From contig NC_068994.1 of assembly GCF_001194135.2 (NCBI RefSeq), positions 752,614 through 816,613 of the forward strand: a stretch of 64,000 nt of DNA, in the 5' to 3' direction. Below the pieces are notes generated by a model. It was not told where the DNA came from and ran no database searches. It saw only the letters and a program-made list of their open reading frames with translations. Position numbers and translations under genes: made by a program. Origin of the DNA: Octopus bimaculoides (lineage: Eukaryota). Below are positions 1 to 11,380 of the stretch, piece after piece. Numbering within the stretch: position 1 is the first letter of the stretch; each line of letters opens with the position of its first letter.

Positions 1-109
1 CTAGTACTTATTCTATCGGTCTCTTTTGCCGAACCGCTTGTTTACGGGTACGTAAACATGCTAGCATCGGTTGTCAAGTGATGTTGGGGGGACAAACACA
101 GACACACAA

Positions 110-140
<31 letters not shown>

Positions 141-306
141 CATATATACGACGGGCTTCTTTCAGTTTCCGTCTACCAAATCTGCTTACAAGGCTTTGGT
201 CGCCGTGAGGCTACAGTAGAAGACACTTGCCCAAGGTGCCACGCAGTGGGACTGAACCCAGAACCATGTGGTTCATAAGCAAGCAACTTATAACACAGCC
301 ACTCCT
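1..306 (-). mobile_element. tRNA-derived SINE, family A (5' part; continues off the window edge)
   Basis: The minus strand begins AGGAGTGGCTGTGT..GGTTCTGGGTTCAGTCCCACTGCGTGGCACCTTGGGCAAGTGTCTT, with Pol III A-box/B-box-like motifs and an internal (TA)/(CA) microsatellite. It is closely similar to the copy at 39436-39811. Confidence 0.85.
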
Positions 307-340
307 TCACCTATAAACAAACTGAGAAAAAGGGATCCTT

Positions 341-1322
341 NNNNNNNNNNNNNNNNNNNNNNNNNNNNNNNNNNNNNNNNNNNNNNNNNNNNNNNNNNNN
401 NNNNNNNNNNNNNNNNNNNNNNNNNNNNNNNNNNNNNNNNNNNNNNNNNNNNNNNNNNNNNNNNNNNNNNNNNNNNNNNNNNNNNNNNNNNNNNNNNNNN
501 NNNNNNNNNNNNNNNNNNNNNNNNNNNNNNNNNNNNNNNNNNNNNNNNNNNNNNNNNNNNNNNNNNNNNNNNNNNNNNNNNNNNNNNNNNNNNNNNNNNN
601 NNNNNNNNNNNNNNNNNNNNNNNNNNNNNNNNNNNNNNNNNNNNNNNNNNNNNNNNNNNNNNNNNNNNNNNNNNNNNNNNNNNNNNNNNNNNNNNNNNNN
701 NNNNNNNNNNNNNNNNNNNNNNNNNNNNNNNNNNNNNNNNNNNNNNNNNNNNNNNNNNNNNNNNNNNNNNNNNNNNNNNNNNNNNNNNNNNNNNNNNNNN
801 NNNNNNNNNNNNNNNNNNNNNNNNNNNNNNNNNNNNNNNNNNNNNNNNNNNNNNNNNNNNNNNNNNNNNNNNNNNNNNNNNNNNNNNNNNNNNNNNNNNN
901 NNNNNNNNNNNNNNNNNNNNNNNNNNNNNNNNNNNNNNNNNNNNNNNNNNNNNNNNNNNNNNNNNNNNNNNNNNNNNNNNNNNNNNNNNNNNNNNNNNNN
1001 NNNNNNNNNNNNNNNNNNNNNNNNNNNNNNNNNNNNNNNNNNNNNNNNNNNNNNNNNNNNNNNNNNNNNNNNNNNNNNNNNNNNNNNNNNNNNNNNNNNN
1101 NNNNNNNNNNNNNNNNNNNNNNNNNNNNNNNNNNNNNNNNNNNNNNNNNNNNNNNNNNNNNNNNNNNNNNNNNNNNNNNNNNNNNNNNNNNNNNNNNNNN
1201 NNNNNNNNNNNNNNNNNNNNNNNNNNNNNNNNNNNNNNNNNNNNNNNNNNNNNNNNNNNNNNNNNNNNNNNNNNNNNNNNNNNNNNNNNNNNNNNNNNNN
1301 NNNNNNNNNNNNNNNNNNNNNN
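341..1322. other. Assembly gap (N run)
   Basis: Continuous n characters. Confidence 1.

Positions 1323-1415
<93 letters not shown>
1323..1415. repeat. (TA)n microsatellite abutting the gap
   Basis: Pure TA dinucleotide run. Confidence 0.98.
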
Positions 1416-1418
<3 letters not shown>

Positions 1419-1539
1419 TATATCTATATATGCATATCATATATATATATATACACACATACACATTCTTTCTTTTATTCTTTAACATGTCTCAGCCAAA
1501 GGCTGTGAACATGCTCGAGTGTCACTAGTGTAATCACCT

Positions 1540-2380
1540 TTCCAATTGCCAATCTTATGTGATTGGCTTCTGGTGAAGGAGAGAGTTGAACATTGTTACC
1601 CTCTTTTGAGTTTTTTGCTGTGATACATTTTCATCTGGGATCTTGGATAGCTGGCGGTTAAGTTGTTTCTTGAAAACATCTACCCCTACTCCATGGATAG
1701 TTTTGATGTTTTGGCAAGGAATTAAATACTTGTGTGACCTTGAATCTCAAGCTATTGCAGTATATGGTTCTCACTCTAGATGGGATAGCTGGGACCTTTA
1801 GAACAGTGAAGTGAAGTGCACTTCAGGGGCTGATATAGCTCTCCATTTGCTATCAATGTCTCCTTGGAGAGGGCTCCATTAGCTGCAACAGCTTGGCTTC
1901 TATCTTTTAAAAAGTCATGTAACCACAGTTTTTGAACTATTCCAAGTCTTCATAGCTTGCGACATGTCATGCTGTGATCAACCATATCAAAGGCTTTTGC
2001 AAAATTGAGATGTATCACATCTACATTTGAACAGTTCATTAGTTGTTTCAGAAGCTATACTTGGTGTCAAGGAGCAAGTCATTCTCTTCTAGGAATCTTA
2101 TCAGGTCCCTCCTCACAATTCATTCCATGACTGCTGACATGTGGGGTTGAAGAAAGGCGGGTCTATAATTTTTAGCATTTGCTCTGTTTCCTTTATTAAT
2201 AGGGCCTATTGTGCCTTCTTTTAACTCTCTGGGGAGTTTACTACTTGCAAGAAAGCTATGGAAGAGGATCTGCAGTGATCTTGCTAGGGTCAGTTTCCAA
2301 TGTTTTGTAGGAGGATTGCTGGGAATCCATCAGTGCCAATGGGTTTATTTAAGCTCATTTTATCAACGACTGATATTACA
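1540..2380 (-). mobile_element. Decayed CR1/L2-type LINE ORF2 (RT) fragment with an internal deletion
   Basis: Minus-strand translations give GTDGFPAILL, NKGNRANAKNYRP and DVIHLNFAKAFDMVDH (typical RT motifs) and a C-terminal YCNSLRFKVTQVFNSLPK. There are many stops and frameshifts, and the YADD core is not seen. Confidence 0.85.
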
Positions 2381-2830
2381 TCATCATCATCATGATAATC
2401 ACCACTTAACGTCCATGCTGGCACAGGTTGGACAGTTTGACAGGATCTGATGTGTCCAAGGACTGCATCATGCTCCAATCTCTATTTTGGCGTAGTTTCT
2501 ACAGCTGGGTGCTTTTGGCGCACTATTAGCACTATTGAAGTCGCCATGCACTTATATTGCCAGACATCGCAGTCCATTGTCATCTCCTTGAGGCTTAACA
2601 TCTTCAGACCAGCCCTCACTAATTCATCCCAATTCTTTGTCTTTCTGGGTTTCATCCTTCCACAAGTTCTATCCATTTTCAGTAATCAGTACTTCTTTGT
2701 ACTTCTGTTCTCATCCATGTGCATCACATGACCAAACAGTCGCAGTCTTCTCACTTGCAGGGTACATCTGAATCCTCTTATGCCTAACCTTTCTCTCAAT
2801 GAATTTTCACTTTGTCATACATGCACACTG
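2381..2830 (-). mobile_element. RTE-clade LINE 3' fragment with (GAT)n tail
   Basis: The minus strand encodes RRLRLFGHVMHMDE...TCGRMKPRKTKNWDELVRAGLKMLSL (RTE ORF2 C-terminus). It reads (CAT)n on the plus strand at ~2381-2395. Confidence 0.8.
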
Positions 2831-3019
2831 ATGTTATACAAGTATTATACAATCTGCTTTTCACTCTGAGAGAGAGGATTTTTGTTGTTGTTAACAGAGG
2901 TAACAGCTCTCTGATCATTTCCCATCTTATTCATATTCTAGTGACTATAGTTTCACAACAGAGGAGATGGAGCAGAAGGCACCAAAGAACCACAGCCAAG
3001 ATCATTGACAACATTGGAG

Positions 3020-3885
3020 CCTGAAGATTTTCAAACCAGCAAAGGATGGTTTGACTGTTTCCAGAAATGTTTTAAAATAAAGTGTGTTTCTCTGCATGGA
3101 GAGACATCATCAGCTGACAAAAAAGCTGCTGAGAATTACCTCGATACCTTCAGGCAGATCATTGAGGATTAGGGATACAAGCCAGAACAGGTTTTCAGTA
3201 TGGACGAGACTGGCTTGTTCTGGAAGAAGATGCTTTCCAGAAAGAAGGACGAAGCCAGAGCCCCAGCATTTAAGGCACAGAAGGACAGAATGATGCTAAT
3301 TACATGTGGCAATGCTGTTGGCTTCATGATGAAACCAGGACTTATCTACAAGTTCACGAATCCAAGGGCCTTCAAAAATAAGACTAAATATCTGCTGCCT
3401 GTCCACTGGATGCACAACCCCAAGGCCTGGATTACCAAAAGTGTACCTTTGAATTGGTTCCACCAATGCTTCATCCTTCAAGCCAAGGAATACCTCCAAA
3501 ATGTTTGCATAGAAGTCAAGGAAGTTCAAGTCGAGTTCCTCCTTGCCAACATCACCTCCCTCATCCAGCCTATGGATCAAGGTGTGATCCATGCCTTCAA
3601 GGCACTTACACTTGGAACTCTCGTCCAACAATGGATTTGGATGAGAATTTCAAGCTAAAGGAGTACTGGTGTCATTTCATGCTTGCAGTGTGCCTGTCAG
3701 TCATCTATGCTGCTCTTAAAGACATGAAAAAAGAAACCCTCATCACATGCTGGACGAAGGTGTGGCCAGAGTGTGTCCAGGGCTGCGAGGGTTTCTCACC
3801 TGAAGATATTCAGCACAAGGTTGTGAAATTGGCAAAGGTACTTGATGGTGAAGGTTTTTGATGACATCACACAAGATATCATCAA
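3020..3885 (+). pseudogene. Tigger/pogo-family DDE transposase remnant
   Basis: Translates to FQTSKGWF (CENP-B-type HTH), HGETSSADKKAAE, QVFSMDETGLFWKK, HWMHNPKAWIT and NITSLIQPMDQGVIHAFKA. It has an in-frame TAG near 3168, frameshifts, and the LLDNA (second catalytic Asp) region is deleted. Confidence 0.92.
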
Positions 3886-3889
3886 AATT

Positions 3890-3914
3890 CGGACAGAACT
3901 TATGGGATGACCTG

Positions 3915-3917
<3 letters not shown>
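3890..3917 (+). repeat. Isolated mariner-like terminal inverted repeat remnant
   Basis: CGGACAGAACTTATGGGATGACCTGATA shares CGGACA and ATGACCTGATA at identical spacing with the mariner end at 8167-8194. It is followed by a TA run. Confidence 0.55.
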
Positions 3918-3967
<50 letters not shown>

Positions 3968-4689
3968 CACATACACACACATCCATTCATATATATATAT
4001 ATACATACATACGCACATATAGATTGGTATGTATATATGCATATATGTTTGTATATATGTGTACATATGTGTGTGTATCATAATAATTATCATTAAATGT
4101 CAATTTTCCAGGCTGGCATGGTTAGGATGGTTTGACAGCAACTGGCAGGTCAGAAGACTGCACCAAGTTCTGCTGTCTCCCTTGGTTTCTATGGTTGCAT
4201 TTTACTAAGTGTACTGGGTGCTTTTTATGTGGCACCAACAGCAGTGAGGTTGCCAAGTAACTTGCAGAGCAAGACCTCTCAACTGAGGGGAGTAGTATTG
4301 AGGGACAGAAAGGTGTCTTGCATTAGGAGATAAACATGCCTTCCCCAGTTGGAGAAGAGCAAGACGGTGAAAATGTACCAGAGTAGAGGCTGGGGCCATA
4401 GACCCAAGTTATAGTGTGGTGTATATAGGGAAGTGGACTGGGAATTGGAAAGGGTGGGTAAGTGGGTGAGCTCACAAGAATTGAAGGAGAGTGGAAGCTA
4501 GAGGTGGGGGGAAAGAAGGGATTTAACAGGGACATTGTGTGCAGGTGGTTATGTGAAGGAGGGGGAAACTGATGGTAAGTGTGAGTGGGTTGTGGGGTGG
4601 AAGAAGGGCTCATAGTCAAGGGTTTCCTTTGCTGTGTATAATGCCAGTTATCTCAGTTCCTTATTATCTCCTCTGTGAGGCTCAAGCTC

Positions 4690-6060
4690 ATTTCTCACCT
4701 GAAGATCATTTATCACCAATTATCCAATGTTTTCCTTGATCTTCCTCTTCCACAGGTTCCTTCCACACTTAGAGATTGGCACTTTAAACAACTGTCCTCA
4801 TCCATATGCATGATATAACCATACCAGTGCAGTCTTCTCTCTTGCACGCTACAACTGATGCCTTTTGTGCCCAAATTTTCTCTCAAAGCATTTACACTTT
4901 GTCCTACATGAACATTGACATTGCATATCCAGTGTACTGGCTTCATTTCTTTCAAGACTTGCCATGTCCTCTACAGTCACAGTCCATGTGTTGCTGCCAT
5001 GTACCATAGTTGTGTGTACACCAGTATCATGTAGGTTGTCTTTCACTGGGTGGGAGAGTACTTTGTTGCCAAAAAATAGCTCCCTAAACTTTTCCCAGCT
5101 GGTTCTTATTCTAGTAACTATGCTACCAGAGCAACCTCCATCACTTCTAAGTTGGTCACCGAGATAATGAAAACTATTTTCCTCGGCATTTAAGGGAATC
5201 TATTCTTAGTGTTTTTTGTACCTGCACATATATTGCTCACAAAGACTACTTTCTCCGTTAACTTTCCTATGATTCTATTTAATGTGTCCATAGCTTTCAC
5301 CATGTGGTATTTCTATGTACACCTTTTTTACATATTGCGCAGGTCATTGGGCAACTAGTCTTAAATTCCTCAGTTATAGCCTGGAGGACTATGATAAGAA
5401 AGAGAGGGCTGAGAACCAATCCTTGAACTCCCTAACTGTACACTAAATTCATTGCTGTACTCAATGCCAACTTTTACCTTACTGACAGCATCTGTGTATA
5501 TGACTTGGATGGCTGTCACCAACTACCCACCTGCTCCTAGTTTCTGTAATGACCAACAGATGAATGAGCAAAGGACTCTTTCAAAAGCTTTCTTCATTTT
5601 GAGAAATGCCAGTACAGTGGTTTATTTTTTCTAAGTGCTTCTCACTGACAGAAAACCAAGCTGCATCTCATCTAGGCCAACTCTTCATAATTAGTTGAGC
5701 TAAGACCCTTTCTGTAACTTTCAAGACCTGGTAGCTCTGTAATTACTTCTGTCTAAGAGATCAACTTTCTTTTTACAGCCCTTGAGTACAATGCAGTCTT
5801 TGGGTATGACTCCTTTTTGGACAACCTGATTCACTATTGAGTGACTAAGCTATATCCCTCTCTGCCAGATATTTTAAGCATCTCAGTGGTAATTACTGAT
5901 GGGTCAAGTTTTTATATCTTTAATTGCTTAACTATCCTGCAGATGTCAACTCTGAAAGCTGGTCCATATTAGGTAGATTCTCCTCCTCCCATGCATTCTC
6001 CACATTTAGCAGCCTTTCGTAGTGACACTTCTATGCCTCTTTTTTTGCAGAAACACTAAG
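4690..6060 (-). mobile_element. Decayed RTE-clade LINE ORF2 (RT to C-terminus)
   Basis: Minus-strand pieces read ITTEMLKISGREGYSLV, LAFLKMKKAFERV, GVQGLVLSPL, CAICKKGVHRN, VHGSNTWTVTVEDMASLERNE and RRLHWYGYIMHMDEDS..GTCGRGRSRKT. Confidence 0.9.
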
Positions 6061-6200
6061 TGCAAGTGTGCCATCATCCATCTGAACACACTTCTCTCCT
6101 ACATCATCATGATTTTCTCTGACTCATTGTCTTGCAGTCTGGAATGTATACATACACACGGACACACATTTTATATATATATATAAAATATGTATATAAG

Positions 6201-6824
6201 CATCTGAATCACATGGCCAACCCAGCAGAGACGGCGATGAGAAATACAGGCCTCAATGCAGTAGATCTCAGCCTGCAGGAGGATTTTGATGAGGCACCTT
6301 GTCCTTCCATGTGAGACAAGAATACTTTGGAATGATCTGATATGGAATGCTTTCAGTTGTCTGATTGGCACTGACAAAGTGTCAGCACTTAGACCCATAC
6401 AGGAGGCTGGATACACTGACAGCTCAATAAACAGATTTTTGTGCTTGCTCTAAAGTTCTTGTTCTGAAAGACTCATTTGCTGGGGCCAAGTTGATCTGGT
6501 ATCTCCTCATCAAGAAGTCTCTCATTTTATGCAGTGCCCATCCCTGGCTGTTCAGCAGAAGGCATGGAAGTCCGTGTGTGATGCTGCAGCAGGGACTTTT
6601 GGGAACTGAACAAAAGAGACTGCATGAAGAAAGATGTCATCAACCCTCTGTAGCTGTTGTCTGGGGTCACTTTCAGTGCCCTCAGTGCCACAGGATCTGC
6701 CTGTCTTGTATCAGTCTTGTCAGCCACATTTGCTCCCATGAGAAAGAAGGTGCTGGAGGCAGAAGAGGATGAATGTCTTCTATCAAGGCTGTCTTCATCT
6801 TTGATGGGCTGTCATAGAAAGCAT
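6201..6824. mobile_element. RTE-BovB-like LINE 3' end with an inverted 5' segment
   Basis: 6201-6540 on the minus strand encodes LDEEI..VFQNKNFRASTK..SSLLYGS..RQLKAFHIRSFQSIL..RRLCWVGHVIQM. 6541-6750 on the plus strand encodes SLAVQQKAWK..FQCPQCHRICLSCISLVSHICSH, the C-terminal zinc-finger-like motif. Confidence 0.8.
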
Positions 6825-7472
6825 ATATATAGGAAAAGGGCTGACAAAGGAATAAATGATTGTTTCATGAACTTCTACACCAGGCTTATCAAGTATTGCA
6901 ATGCCCAAGTGAAATGTATGTATGTATGTATGTCATTGTTCAGTTTTATTTCAAGATTTCTTGCCAATAGAGAAAGAGCAAAACCTACAAAGGGATTTCC
7001 TATCAGTAGAAGACTGTGTGGGGTCTGCTAAAATAGATATAGCTGTCTACTGAAGCATGATGCAGTACTTGGATCCATTGGATCCTGTCAAACTGTGCAA
7101 GCCTTGCCAGTATGGGATGTGAAATATTGATGATGATAAGGTGTATCGTCATTGTCATCATCAGCAGCATCATTATCCCCATCATCATCTTTTAATGCCC
7201 ATTTTCCATGATGGCATGGGTTGGGCATATAAGTATAGTTAAGTAGGATTTGGGTAAAACCGTTGTAGAATACTATGCAAAGCTTGTCCACAATTATTGG
7301 CTAGATGATGTCATCATACAGTTGAAATGCTCCGGCTATTTGAAGCACATCAGGAATTCCATAGTATCTGTAGAGTTAATAAAAATAGATAAATGATAGA
7401 AAATGGAATGAGTGACCTTTTTAAAATTTAAAATCATTACAATTGTTTCAACACATTTTTACACCTTCAGTA

Positions 7473-7686
7473 CATTGGTAATATATTATGTAATCATTAT
7501 CATACATCCAAGGATGGGTTTAGTTTGTCTGTGAACTGCTAAGATGACACGTTACTTTGAGTATGCATTCTCACACTGAGTGATATGACAAAAGAACCTG
7601 CAAAGAACTTATTTAAACAGGTACCCGAGGAGGCGCAATTTACATCTTGGATGTATGATGATGATTACACAATATCTTAACCAATG
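7473..7686. repeat. Fold-back (MITE-like) element with ~40-bp terminal inverted repeats
   Basis: 7480-7512 versus the reverse complement of 7646-7678 match at 30/33, extended by CATTGGT (7473-7479) / ACCAATG (7680-7686) after a 1-nt bulge. Confidence 0.75.
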
Positions 7687-8194
7687 CCGATTTGTTTCAG
7701 ATGGTCCAATACAGTTGGAATCAAAACCTCAAACCTTGCTGCTAACTCATGCATAGTTTGAGATGTATCTGGTTCCACTACAGTTTCCAGCTCATTGTTA
7801 TCCGCCTTGGTTTCACGTCTACCATGGAGCTGATTTTCAAGAGTAAAGTCACCAGACTGGATTTTCTCAACCCATCGACGTACAGTGCGCTCATTCGCCA
7901 CATCTTCACCAGATACCTCGTTGATGTTTTGAGCTGTCAGGGATGCATTGGTTCCACAACAGAACCCCTATTCATAAACAGCATGAATTTCTTATCTATC
8001 CATGGGTTCACAAAAAATTATTTACAAGAGAAAACTCACAACATAATCAGAGAAAATGAATTGCATTTCGAAAAGTCATGATGTAACTCTTCAGTGTTGT
8101 AAAACAAAGAATTGTCTGGATAAAACATTTGAGTTAATGACTTTCAAACTTGGTGCATAAGAAAATCGGACATTTCATTCTTAATGACCTGATA
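7687..8194 (-). mobile_element. Mariner-family element: 5' TIR plus truncated transposase N-terminus
   Basis: The minus strand gives AQNINEVSGEDVANERTVRRWVEKIQSGDFTLENQLHGRRETKADNNELETVVEPDTSQTMHELAARFEVLIPTVLDHLKQIG (mariner paired HTH). The TIR-like end TATCAGGTCATTAAGAATGAAATGTCCG lies at 8167-8194 next to a TA run. Confidence 0.9.
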
Positions 8195-8216
8195 TATATA
8201 TGCATATATATATATA

Positions 8217-8680
8217 NNNNNNNNNNNNNNNNNNNNNNNNNNNNNNNNNNNNNNNNNNNNNNNNNNNNNNNNNNNNNNNNNNNNNNNNNNNNNNNNNNNN
8301 NNNNNNNNNNNNNNNNNNNNNNNNNNNNNNNNNNNNNNNNNNNNNNNNNNNNNNNNNNNNNNNNNNNNNNNNNNNNNNNNNNNNNNNNNNNNNNNNNNNN
8401 NNNNNNNNNNNNNNNNNNNNNNNNNNNNNNNNNNNNNNNNNNNNNNNNNNNNNNNNNNNNNNNNNNNNNNNNNNNNNNNNNNNNNNNNNNNNNNNNNNNN
8501 NNNNNNNNNNNNNNNNNNNNNNNNNNNNNNNNNNNNNNNNNNNNNNNNNNNNNNNNNNNNNNNNNNNNNNNNNNNNNNNNNNNNNNNNNNNNNNNNNNNN
8601 NNNNNNNNNNNNNNNNNNNNNNNNNNNNNNNNNNNNNNNNNNNNNNNNNNNNNNNNNNNNNNNNNNNNNNNNNNNNNNNN
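8217..8680. other. Assembly gap (N run) flanked by (TA)n
   Basis: Continuous n characters. Confidence 1.
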
Positions 8681-8741
<61 letters not shown>

Positions 8742-9038
8742 GTGTGTGCCTGTGTACTTATTTATGTATATAAAAGTGTTTATAGCATGCCTTCTTTAAA
8801 TGCATATTCATCATCATTGTCTTACATCAGCTTTCTATGCTGGTATGGGTTGGACTGGTCATCATGGTCGGAGCGAATGCAATACTAGGTACTGTTCACC
8901 TGCAAGGATCAAGGGTGTTCATGTTGCATCAGTTTCATTTTTTTGCTTGATTTCTATGATTGGCTACCCTTTTTAACAAGAGTCATTTTATAAGGTGTAG
9001 TTGGTGTTAGGAAGACCATCCAGCTGCATATATGTATA

Positions 9039-9071
<33 letters not shown>

Positions 9072-9075
9072 CTCA

Positions 9076-9280
9076 ACGTGCCAGTACCGCCTGACTGGCC
9101 TTCGTGCGGGTGACACGTAAAAGCACCCACTACACTCTCTGAGTGGTTGGCGTTAGGAAGGGCATCCAGCTGTAGAAACTCTGCCAAATCAGATTGGAGC
9201 CTGGTGTTGCCATCCGGTTTCACCAGTCCTCAGTCAAATCGTCCAACCCATGCCAGCATGGAAAGCGGACGTTAAACGAC

Positions 9281-9313
<33 letters not shown>
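9076..9313 (+). mobile_element. SINE-like family B (RTE-type 3' end, (GAT)n tail), young copy
   Basis: Ends CCAACCCATGCCAGCATGGAAAGCGGACGTTAAACGAC(GAT)n. It has about 8 differences in ~205 nt (by eye) from the opposite-strand copy at 30456-30665. Confidence 0.85.
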
Positions 9314-9314
<1 letters not shown>

Positions 9315-9689
9315 CGCTTCAGTCATTTGACTATGGCTATGCAGGAGCACAGCCATGAAGGGTTTCAGTCGTGCGAATTGACCCCAGGACTTATTTCTTA
9401 AGCCTAGTATTTATTCTTTTGGTCAATTTTGCTGAACTGCTAAGTGATAGGGATGTAAACACACCAACAAGCGGTGATGGGTGGGGACAAACATAGACAG
9501 AAAGACACATACACACACACACACATATATATACACAATGCGCTTCTTTCAGTTTCCATCTACCAAATACACTCACAAGCTTTGGTTGGCGATAGTAGAA
9601 GACACTTGCCCAAGATGCCATGCAGTGGGGCTGAACCCAGAAGTTTGTTGTTGTTGGGAAGCAAAGCCTGCAACTATTACACACACACA

Positions 9690-9690
<1 letters not shown>
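9314..9690 (-). mobile_element. SINE family A, diverged copy
   Basis: Same modules as 1-306 and 39436-39811 (GACACTTGCCCAAG, CTTTCAGTTTCCATCTACCAAAT, GACCCCAGGACTTATT). Confidence 0.8.
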
Positions 9691-9738
<48 letters not shown>

Positions 9739-9957
9739 TCCACTCTACCACCGAGGAGTGAAGATATGAGTACTTTGTACTGAGAAATATCTATGTCACA
9801 CATGCTTCTTCTTATCAACCATAATTGGTGTTGATAGAACGAGCTGAGAAATGAAGAATACAATGATGTCAGTTATAAGAAACCTTATTTCAGTCAGTAG
9901 TCACAGTTGAGTTAATTCCTTAGGGATTACTTAATGTGGAAATAGAAATATATACAA

Positions 9958-9996
<39 letters not shown>

Positions 9997-10282
9997 CAGG
10001 TTGGCTCTACTGATTGCTGCTGTTAATAAGCACGCAGCTATATATACAGAAAACTGTTATATATGCTGAAGATCTGACAATGTTCTTTGCACAGATTTTG
10101 GCCGATTCCTTCATGTCTGCAGTGATCAGGTGGACTGTGTTCTTATTGCGTGTTTATACACACAGCTTTTAGAGGAACCGAACATGCATTATTTTTTAGT
10201 TGTTCTATTGAAATTGTAATATTAATATTGTAAAAACAGTTAGCCTGCATTACACACCTATCTCTGCATTCATTCACATCTC

Positions 10283-10500
10283 NNNNNNNNNNNNNNNNNN
10301 NNNNNNNNNNNNNNNNNNNNNNNNNNNNNNNNNNNNNNNNNNNNNNNNNNNNNNNNNNNNNNNNNNNNNNNNNNNNNNNNNNNNNNNNNNNNNNNNNNNN
10401 NNNNNNNNNNNNNNNNNNNNNNNNNNNNNNNNNNNNNNNNNNNNNNNNNNNNNNNNNNNNNNNNNNNNNNNNNNNNNNNNNNNNNNNNNNNNNNNNNNNN
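10283..10500. other. Assembly gap (N run)
   Basis: Continuous n characters. Confidence 1.
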
Positions 10501-11345
10501 ACCTCTTCATCTCTGTCCTTCTCTCCATCTTGTATGCCTGTTCATGAACAGCGCTGTTTCGCTACTGACTGTTGACCGCCGCCTGTCAATGTTGTTCACG
10601 TTCCCCTCCCCTTCAAAATATTTGGTTCGTTTGGAGGTCAAAGTGACCTGAAAGAACAGAAAAGAATAGCAAAGTGGAGAAATTCAATCTGGAATGAGAG
10701 ACAGAAGGAAACATTGACAGATAGGGAACACGCACGCACGCACGCACACACACACACACACACACACAATCACGGGATTTTGGTGAAGGTTGGGAAGATG
10801 TGGGGATGTACATAGGTACATGGTGTACTGAGAAAAAACATTTCTTAACAGCCACTGGATGTCGATGTATATGTAGCCATTTATCCATCTATGCACATAT
10901 GTAAATATGGTCATTACATCTCTACATATGCGTAATGTAGTTATACATACATACATGTGTGTGTATGTATATATATATATAACACGTACATGGCATATAT
11001 GGACATTGTATACTTAACATTACATACACAAATAGTGTTTGTAGATGGAGCGAAGTTGCAATGTAAAATATTAAAAAGTCTATAGTTTATTTTTCCTATT
11101 TCTCTCCGAATTGTTGCCAGTAGGAAGAGAAAGTTGAGCTGTCAGTGTTTTATGGAAATGTTGTAGAAGAGTTGAAAATAACTTCTTAATACGTATTGCT
11201 ACAGTTTCTTAGAAATCTTCCTATAATATGGTTCTCTATGCAGGTTTTCAATTGTCTGAGCTAAAATAGTAAACTTGCAAGTTATAGCTTGGCCTCTATA
11301 TTGTTGAACAACTGTATATAGTTAAGGATTTCAACATCTATCCAC

Positions 11346-11380
<35 letters not shown>

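Noticed and set aside
268-1488. Long ORFs of ~400 aa on both strands (also 8150-8799 and 10274-10528)
   Set aside because: They are artefacts of N runs and (TA)n; the translation is X and IY repeats.
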